Source: Cirrosporium novae-zelandiae (Eukaryota). From it: a DNA stretch of 64,000 nt. The stretch's first letter is position 1, and each line of letters begins with the position of its first letter. A program made the position numbers and the translations under genes. The notes beneath the pieces are model-generated. The model was not told the DNA's origin and ran no database searches. It saw only the letters and a program-made list of their open reading frames with translations. The DNA is taken from NCBI GenBank assembly GCA_026023565.1, contig JAPETS010000070.1, forward strand, positions 1 to 64,000. Reading direction: 5' to 3'. Below, in pieces: positions 54,781 through 64,000 of the stretch.

Positions 54781-55347
54781 GACAGCTTCTTATGTAAGGT
54801 TAATAGAAATAATCTCGAGTAAAAATGTGAGAAGGTGGAATTCAGAGTTGCCTCCTGAGAAGTTGTGGTTGGTTAACGGAAATGTGTCGGCAAGATGTTG
54901 TCTTTTTGTATGTGATGATTGCTTGGGTCGCCGTAGACAGTAAACTTACCGCTGCCGAAATACGTCAGAGCTTTGAGATTCAACTTTTCAAAACGGACCC
55001 TTTATCAGATCAATTCTAAAGCCAACTCACAAACTCGGATCTTCACTCTTTGTGTTGGAAAAAGGATGTAGATCTGAATATGAATATATATTCAATAGGC
55101 GATTCATCCTCGGGTTTTTAAATACTTTCCCTACAGAATATAGACTAGGTTCATCACAAGTATTCCTCATTCTATGACTGATCCTAGACCCCAGTCCACA
55201 TGCAAGTCATATCCTATTATACCATCATCATCACTATATTATAATCATCACAACAATAACACCAATCCATCTTCTTGTATCCCAGAATCCCATGAGCCAT
55301 AACTCTACGTAGCCGAAACAAAAGTTCAGGAGGCGGATTTGTAGTCC

Positions 55348-56188
55348 TCATCCGAAAGCGGGAGTCATAGAATAGCTGACCATGAGCATTTCATCTCTTT
55401 TGAAACACTAAAATTCCGTCAGTCATCATTAGAATCACCCTGTTTCTTCCCTTTGCACAACAGTCTCTATCCATTAGCCACTTACCCTCCACAACCCCCC
55501 AACGCCTTCATCCAACCCTGGCGCAAATATACTATTCACGTATAGGAAGACACTGTCCGAGGGTTTGCAACCCAGCTGTTTCCGAAGAAAGTTGACGACA
55601 GTTTCGAAGCGTTGGGTTGCAGATATTTTGTAGGTCTTGCGGCGAAGGATTGGAGCACCGCCGATGGGTTGAAAATGAATAGTCACTATCAAGGTGATAT
55701 AAGTAGGGGATAAGGGGGGGACCATATAGAAATGGAGAAGGAGGGGTGACAGTTGAGGAGGTAGCGAAAGCAAGAAAGAAAGCCTAAGAAATACTACATT
55801 AGAGAGAAGAGAAGAAAGTAGAAGAAAAAGAAGGTAGGACAGAGAACAGTGGAGGATATAAAACAAGAGACTAGAGGAATAAATACGACGATGGGATATT
55901 GTCTGAATATCAAATGCGATATGCAAAATATAAAAGTAACTAATGCCTGCATGAATAGCATAGATAATTTAAAAAGAACTCGATGCTATCATAAACCCCA
56001 AAGACAACTTAATATATTTACATACCTTTCTTGGGTTCCATCTTATCCACATCCTGAAGGGCGGCGCTCGCGTCTTTAGGCAATGAACTGAGAACCACCG
56101 AAGCTGACATGGTCAACGGGACGGTTGGAACATGATCTTCGTCTGGAATAGGAGTTACGTTCCTGGACGAGTCAGGAGATGTCACCAT
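55348..56188 (-). CDS. ATG12: Ubiquitin-like autophagy protein Atg12
   Basis: [55 protein letters not shown], ends YSMTPAFG. Confidence 0.96.
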
Positions 56189-56845
56189 GATTGTAGCTTG
56201 TGGTCAAATTAATATGGTTGTTGGGATATATGGGATCTTGGGTTATTTGAATCTTAAAAGGTGGTTCTAGTTGGACTATGGTAGGTAAACGGAAGCGAAT
56301 CATGAAATATTTACAGGCCATACTACTATTAATGCCACGACCTATCAGCATTATCTAACCAGTCTACATTTTTGGTTCAAGAATACTGGGAATAAGTAGT
56401 CTTTCATTGCCATAATCATTCGTATTTATTTTTAGTAGAAATAAATAATCCTTAGTTCTATTGAAGAACTAGCCACCAGCTGATATTAACTTCCACCCGA
56501 GAGAAGGAACATGGGTATTTTTACTCCCACTCTGTAATGCAAGTTCACCGTAGCCGCCGTTTGAGAATTGAAGTTCAAGGAAAAGTTCAACGAAGGTGAA
56601 GTTCAGGAAATGTCATCAAGTATACTAACATGTTCAGCGCCATAAAATGCCATCATATCACTCCTGTCGCTGAATGCAGATGAAAGCATCATAACGCCCG
56701 CTTGCTCTTCATGCTGTACATCAGGTGAGAATCAGAAATCAGCAAAAGCTGGTAATCAAGAGCATCGCTTATTGGACATGAGGCTCGTAAAACTGATTTA
56801 GACTAATTGAAACAGTGTGCCAAAATTTGGACTTGCTCAAAATCT

Positions 56846-59095
56846 TTATTGGCGTACAAGCTCCTTAAGGAGTTTGTCAAGCCGAGAGAAGTTGTTGTCT
56901 GAAACCGCAAACTTTCGGTGTTTTCGAGAGATTAGATGCTACACGTTCCATGTCAGTAAAGCACCCAAAGATATATTTAAGGAGGGATCCAACCTCATCG
57001 AAATCATCAAACTTCTCCTTACAGTTTTCGCAATAGCCTGGTTTCGCATCCCTCTTTGCCGTGTGCTTGTAGCGAGCTGTGGTTGTCTTCCTAACTACGA
57101 CAACTCTCCGACGACGGTCTTCCTGCATATTTTCTTCATCAACATAGCCCAGCTTTTCCTGGGCCTTCCGTTTGGCAGCTCGAACGGGAGGTGTAGATTC
57201 TTCCTTGTTCTTCAAAACGCTTGCTAGATCCATTATCCTGTGCGATGACGGTATGCCTCCTGTGGAACATCCACCACTGTTATTAACGAGAGCTTTACGT
57301 TTTAACTCATACATATTCTTGCTTGTTCCAGCCTTTACCCCCGGCGCTGATGCAGTAGAAGAAATCACCTGGGAACGAATAGCAGATGTGAGATTGGAAG
57401 GTTGGATGCCGGAGGCAACTGGTTCGCCCCCAATAGTTCTTGGACCTCTAGGTAACCCGGAATGCGCTTTGGAAGGGTCGACATTATTTAGATCCTGTGC
57501 TCCAGAAAACATCGGCTGTTCCGATAGCTTTATGGGTTCGCCTTGTCCCTTGGGCGCTAAAGCGCGAGCGGTAGGGGGGTTCACGCCCTTCGTTACCTTC
57601 GAATGGGCAGTCGCGGTAGATGTGTCTTCTGGAACTTCTCGAATGGTCACAGAAGCTTTAGCCTTCGGAGCTGGCTGATCTCTGGAGACTTTCCTTTGCT
57701 TGACCTCGGCTTTTTCCGCATGATGTTTGCTCGAATCTTCAACAAATGGACATTTGCCGTAAGAAGCACTTCGAAACTGAGGCCACTCCCCATCTTCCCT
57801 GTGAGATACCTTTGCATATTCTCTGGCCATTGTCGGCTTGGTCTTTTCGTTCATGTCGCGAACGTAGATAAATGGGCCCTTGAATAAAATAATTTCACGA
57901 GCATCCGTACGATCAGCTGGCCCATTCACCTTTTCCTGTCGAAGTAGCTGTGAGAGATCTGTAGCATGCTCGGCTCCTTTGGCGTTCGTCGACTTGGCGT
58001 TTGTGTTGCTTCGAGTCACACGACCATGATGCGATTGATATCCGGCTTCTGGGTCTAGAATGGCATTCAAAACACGCTGAAGCTTTTCGAGCGCCCAGAT
58101 CTTGATACCCATTTGCCTTGCTCTGTGTAGAATGTCCACATTTTGTTGATGCTCTCTTCGCTCCCTAGCCGATGTGTAGCTATAGTATGATTAACACATG
58201 GATAGTATCGATCATTAACGGATAATAATACCTCTCATGGCGATTGCCTGCAGCAATTCTATGCCCATAGGCTAAATCCAGCACAGTCCGGCCCTTGGAT
58301 GATATAGTTGACTGAGCTTGAGTGGATTCTGCCAGTCGGTCTAGCAAGGATGGATTGATTGTACGAGGTTGACTGTCTGCTTCAGTATTGGACGTAGGCG
58401 TCATCGCCGTCGTTTCTTCTGAAGTCACATCACTCTCTGGCGGTATTGTTTTGGTCGTGATAACATGAGTGACAGTCTTGGAGAAGAATTTTTCTTCGCG
58501 CTAAATTGGTTCATAGATCAGGATGAAGGCCTTAATAGACGGTAAAACCGTAGTAAAAAACAATACTTACTGCCCCCAGACTCAAGACTTGCTTGGATAA
58601 TTTGACTCGGGCGTCATCTGGCACACTCTCGAAATAAAACACGAATTCGGGAAATGCTTTCCGGTAGTGCCTCTGCCATTGCACTATGCTCTCAGAGTCT
58701 CCATGCCGGACTTCCTCTTTTTTCTCAACCCTCCGTATTGTCTTATGAGATTCTTCACCAGAAACCTTCCGTCTTATCAATTCAATAGTCTGGGTTTTGG
58801 CAAGGGTCTTGGTGTCGCGATAGTGTCGGTTTTCCACTTCGTCATCTAGCGTTCTCCTCAGCATCGCTCGGGGATTTTGGTCGTCTTTTCGGAGCATCTG
58901 CTTCTTGGCTGGAGGAGGCTGGCCATAGGGTAATTCTCGTAGGACGCTGCTTTGCGATCTCGAACGTTTACTAGACGCAGCGTTGGTGGCTCGATATGGA
59001 GAATTGGTGGCATTTGGGACATTGGCAAGAGGGACTCGTCGAGTTGACATGTTTGGGATTGCGTGAGGTGAAGGAGGTATAAATACTTGTGCCAT
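56846..59095 (-). CDS. DBF4: Cdc7 kinase regulatory subunit Dbf4/Dfp1/NimO
   Basis: Motif N (WQRHYRKAFPEFVFYFE, FFSKTVTHVIT), motif M (FKGPFIYVRD...PTMAREY...WPQF), motif C (KPGYCENCKEKFDDFDEH...H). Confidence 0.95.
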
Positions 59096-59727
59096 CCGTA
59101 AAGATATGGAGGACTGAAAGGCGTCGAGCCAGATGGAGGGGCAGGTAGGGTGATAGTTACCTGCACGCGATCCGATTCACGTTCGTGAACACTCGTGATC
59201 TTCAATGAAGAAGCATACTTATTTTGTACGAGCGGAACGTAGGAATAATGACCAATGACGGTAGGGTTGACCGAGGAGGGTGGAGGTCAAGCGGATGTTG
59301 CTTGCAGGACAATGTTTTGAAAAGAACGAGAGCATTCAAGTTGTTTATTCGCCAAACAGGCACTATTACTTAGCTAGCGTGAAGTGCTGGAGGGGAAACG
59401 GCCCGCCCATCGACCACTGACAACAACCAAGCTCGGCCCTATTGGAAAGAACGACTTTTTCTATCTTCTAATCTTGATAAATTCATATGGACTGAATCCA
59501 TTGATGAATATTCTATCAGTGGTGAAAGTGACGAATTAATTTAATATGGTTGTCAATTACAAAATGCTAACCAGCCCCCCAATAGGGGTTAGTCGACGTG
59601 ATATTTACATTGACAGGGTATGGGTTATTAAGGCCATAACACACATCTATTATTACAAGACTATCCATACAAAATAAATTGCAAAAAATCATCATTGATA
59701 GTGGCTATGAGAAACGACCATGCGCTG

Positions 59728-61734
59728 TCATCGTAGAGCTTCAATATCAACCACCTACAGATACCTAAATTAGCATCTAACCTATCTCTAATACTAAAAA
59801 GAATTAAGCATACCTCTTTGACTGCTTCGGGGGTGAGCATCAGAGGTCCCTCCTCCTGGACACAGACACTATCTTCAATACGGATGCCTATCCCTCTGAA
59901 ATGAGAAGGCCATCTGTCATCATGAGGCACATAGATACCACTAGCTAGCTGTCAGTTCAATCTCAATACTTTTAACGAATCACCTTACGGTTCGATGGTA
60001 ATACACTGCCCTGCCCTCAGAGGGCCATTTCTGGGATATCCAGGGACATCATGAACTTCTAACCCAATATAGTGACCTAGATGATGCGGAAACAGTTCTC
60101 GAATTGACTATCAGAAAGCAGAGTTAGTAACACTCCAGTAGACGCGAGGTTCCCTTACATTTCCAGACATATCAAATCCTAAATGCTTCAGTTCATTCTT
60201 CAAACTTGTCTCGGCAATATTATGTAATTTGTCAAGTGAGATATTGGCAGAAACTCGACTCATTGAAACACAGCTTCTCTGTACTTTTAAAATAGCCTCA
60301 TATAAATCCTTCTGCGCCGCAGAGAACCTGCCATTTATTGGCCAGGTTCTTGTGATATCGGTGATATATCCGCCATATTCCTATACGTATAATTAGTCTT
60401 GTGGGCTTTGTGGGGCTATTTTGCGCGATTTGAGAGCTTACTCCACCAGCGTCGACAAGAACAAGTTCACCGTCCCTTGAACTATTTAGTACATATCAGA
60501 GGAACACAGAGTATATCACAAAGGTATTACCTTAAGACATCGTCATTCCGTACATAATGTATACTTAGGCCATTCTAATCGGTTAGCTCAAATCATGGAG
60601 GATAGGTAAATACTATACCTTTCCACCAGCGACCACAGGAACGTACGCAGGTCCATCGCAGCCATTGACTTTGAACTTATAGTCAAGGGAATCAGCAAGG
60701 GCTTTCTCGGTTGGAAATGGCTGTCGCATCGCTTCAGTGAACGCCCGACTAGAATCTTGCCCAGCTTTTCTCATAAGTACTATCTCCGAATCACTCTTGA
60801 TAACTCGAAGCTCATTTAGTATAGGCTGCAAGGGTATGACCTTAGCTGCCTCAACGATCTTTGCAAATCCATCAGATTTGCTTGCGGGGCCGAAGAAAAA
60901 ACGCGAGAAAGCAGATGAGCGTGCTGTGGCTGATTTGATATCCGTATACACTGTTGACGCATGCTCAACGATTTTTGGGAGAATAGTGTGCACTCTGTTG
61001 ATATCTCCAGTCTGTTTGCTTCTTAGACGTGAATCTTAAAGTAATCATATTGACGAACCTCATCCGCATTAAAAACATCTAATGCGGCCTGATTTCCTGA
61101 CCTAGCACCGTCCCAAAGTTCTGCGTGTAGATCTTTTGGTCGATTATAGAGATGAAAATTGTGGCTTGCGCCTTCTCCAGTTTTCTCTAAATTGTCTTAG
61201 TGGAAGATAAAGCTTAGCTGAAGGCCTTACGCTGTCAACCTACCTATTATAGCCAAGGCTTCCGGTTCGTTGAACCCTTAAAGGAAGGTCAATAATTTAG
61301 CCATTGGTAAACATAAGGAGGTGTTTAATACCAGTAAGGTAGTAGAAGTTTGGATCTTGATGGAACTCGTAGAACACAGAGCCCGAGCGATATTTGATAT
61401 CTGATGCTGCAATTATTGCAATAGCATTTTTGGGAAGCTTTACAGCAAGATTGGAGCGTCGCTGTGCATATTCAATTGCGCTGATCCCAGGTGTTACTAT
61501 AGTAGCACAAAATATTAATCTTATATATATAATATAGCCTTAGAAATCCTTACTTTCTCCCGGCTGCAGAAGATGGGGGTGAGTCTCATGTAGAGGTTGA
61601 CCGAATTGTAGATCTGCGGCAGATATGGAAGCATAGAGCCTTCGTGCAGGAGGCTTTGTGTTATGGCGGAAGGCTTGAGCTGCCCTAGAGACAGTATGCC
61701 GAGCTGCCGTGGATATAAAAGGCTTTAATGACAT
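59728..61734 (-). CDS. ICP55: Mitochondrial Xaa-Pro aminopeptidase / intermediate cleaving peptidase (M24B)
   Basis: Basic leader MSLKPFISTAARH; FGQPLHETHPHLL, AYVPVVAGG, LVDAGG, DITRTWP, PHHLGHYIGLEVHD, GIRIEDSV; many introns. Confidence 0.92.
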
Positions 61735-62190
61735 ACTGGTGTATTTTTTTTTTGAAATTCCAAAGCAAGCCACTAAATGGATCAAGCTCAATAACTGTAC
61801 AACCTACAACCTCCAAGGTTCGGAGTTTAACTGTAATCTGGGGCCGGCTGCCCACCGCGGCTAAAGTTGTCTATTATAGTTAGGCCAGATCCCCAGACCC
61901 TGGACTATCTAGACCTGCAAGGTAATCATCACTACGTTCATTGGGTCCATTCCGAAGTCTAGTCGTGTAGATAATGGGAGTCATAATCCTATTGAACAAC
62001 ATCTCCGTGGGAATGCAGAGAGGCTATTGTCTACACATGTCCGTCAGAACCATATAAATACGGCAGGTCTACGCTTGACATGGAATCCAACAGAGAACCC
62101 TATTTGATATTTTGACTTGGAATCTAAGTGACTCAAGCACTTCATCATCTAAACCCTCATCCTCAAGTCCCTGACGAGAAAACAATAGTC

Positions 62191-63023
62191 ATGGGCCGTA
62201 ATCTCATATACCCTAAGACTACCCACAACACTATCCATCGGGAGAGTGAACGAGGTATATCCCCCCTAGAAAAAGCAAGTAGATAGAAAGCATATGGGTT
62301 GATGTTTTTGCAGCGACATATGACACCCGTACAATCCATGAAATCGTCAATACGACGCCCGTCGTCCATGTGTCTTTCCCCCCTGATCCATCCGACGAGT
62401 TCCCTGCGATTCTTCCGATGATTGGGCAAATGGGTTCCTTCGCTGATCCCAGTGCTGATCTTGGGGAACCACTGGACTGCTATCTCCATGGATATGTGAG
62501 CTCCCGCCTCATGAATCTAGCCCGAGCATCAGAGAAAGGTTTGCCGGTGTGTATTAGCGCCACCAAGGTCGATGGTTTCGTCCTCTCTCTAACACCATTC
62601 TCCCACTCCTACAATTACCGTTCTGCGGTCTTGCAAGGATATGGCACTCTTGTCACGGAGAAAGAAGAGAAGATGTGGGCAATGGAACTCATCACTAACT
62701 CGGCAATCCCCGATCAATGGAAATATACTCGAGTACCGCCAGATGGGGGAGAATTGGCTTCAACATCGGTTCTCAGAGTAAAGATTGTTAGTGGAAGCGG
62801 GAAGATGAGAAATGGTGGACCACATGACGACAAGAAGGATCTCAACAGGTCGGAACTGACTAGCAAAATTTGGACAGGAGTAATCCCTATTTGGCAGACA
62901 TTTGGCACACCAGTTGAAGCACCTACATGTGGTGTCTCAAAGGTACCAGAGCGCATTACTAACTTCCTTAAAGAGACTAATGAGGATAATGAAGAGTATG
63001 GAAAGAAGGCGGCTAAAGACTGA
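62191..63023 (+). CDS. Flavin-nucleotide-binding protein (pyridoxamine 5'-phosphate oxidase-like, NimA type)
   Basis: YLHGYVSSRLM, VDGFVLSLTPFSHSYNYRSAV, WTGVIP; one intron. Confidence 0.9.
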
Positions 63024-63199
63024 GTAGTTAAATGACTCAGATCAGGCATGGTCGCTCAGAGTTTGCTAGCGGGTAGATGTTAAGACTATGTTTTAAATCG
63101 TCACATAATGAATCGCACTTTGGGCTCTCTCTCTCTAATGGAAATACTGGTAGGGTCCCCTAGAATCCATATTATAAACACCATCAGTCGTAATAGTCT

Positions 63200-64000
63200 T
63201 TACCATTCATATTCAGGTCCCATGTGTTTGCAGATAGGATCAGATTCATCATATTCGCGTTGATCGTGTGGAATCGAGTAGTCAAAATTCTTCCCTAGCT
63301 TGTTCTCTAGTTGTATATGTTCTAGCAAGCTCGTCCTCACTTTATCTTGGTACCATTTCACGGCATGCTCTACTTCAATATTAGTGCGAATAGTATACCT
63401 TATCATCAGAAAGAATCTTACCTTGCACAGGGTGTACTCTTCCTTTCTCAAACACACCATTACTAAACCCCTTTTGTGCAGCAATTGCAAGTTGCAGGTC
63501 CTCTATATCAACGAGCCGCCAGTACGGAATATTTTCGTTATACCATTCATCATATTCGGTGCTTGGCTTCTTTAGATCAGCACGCCGATACATTTCATTA
63601 TGATACGATGTGTTCAGAACGCCAGTGGCACTGAATCTGAAGATGCAGAGCATGGTTTTGCTGAAAGACAAAAAGCCAATGGGGTAAAGCCAGGTGATAT
63701 ATGCTTCGTCATCGGAAGGAGTCTTCAATGGAAGGAAGTGGCGGGAGGCTCCGATTCCCTGGCGCAGATAATAATTCTTAAGGTCGTAGTCTTTGGGGAG
63801 TGTTGTGGGGTGACCAGTGGGGCAGTGATAACATTCCTGAAAACCATCTGTAAAGGTCTTCCAGTTGAACTGGGTGCCAATAGTGGAGCTTTCCCATGTA
63901 TTATCATATTCCCATCCGTGTTTCTGAAAATATTCGTATTCATTACCAATCTCACAGCCGGTGGTACTCGTGGGGTTTGGATCAAAATCATCGCCAAATT
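63200..64000 (-). CDS. Rieske non-heme iron oxygenase alpha subunit (choline monooxygenase-like), C-terminal part; 5' end outside the window
   Basis: Frame open from the window edge: FNWKTFTDGFQECYHCPTGHP (Fe-binding ExYHxxxxH), later EDLQLAIAAQKG and EHAVKWYQ. Confidence 0.88.

Noticed and set aside
55688..56024. Long first intron of ATG12 as a possible snoRNA host
   Set aside because: No convincing C/D or H/ACA box arrangement; mostly pyrimidine-rich sequence

Overview
Intron-containing DNA from a filamentous ascomycete (Pezizomycotina-type genes, GTAAGT/GTATGT donors, CTAAC/CTGAC branch sites). About 23 protein genes can be supported. The left half (0.8-31.6 kb) is mostly accessory or detoxification genes: a double-CFEM membrane protein, two aldo-keto reductases, a Zn-dependent dehydrogenase, an MFS + M20 amidohydrolase + Zn2Cys6 trio, a secreted alpha/beta hydrolase and a PhyH dioxygenase next to a second Zn2Cys6 factor. 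SNU13, a LAMTOR2/roadblock-like gene and a decayed alcohol dehydrogenase pseudogene are interleaved. The right half is housekeeping (MsrB, Zds1, arabinitol dehydrogenase-like SDR, Ysc84, Bet1, ArfGAP, Atg12, Dbf4, Icp55, a flavin-binding protein, a partial Rieske oxygenase), with a ~9 kb gene-free, repeat-rich gap. The best finding is a near-textbook kink-turn hairpin 25 nt upstream of the SNU13 start codon, plus a C/D-like pairing between the donor and branch site of a SNU13 intron. Together they suggest feedback regulation of the K-turn-binding protein Snu13 on its own RNA. Gene models were spliced by eye and product calls come from motif recognition, not database searches.
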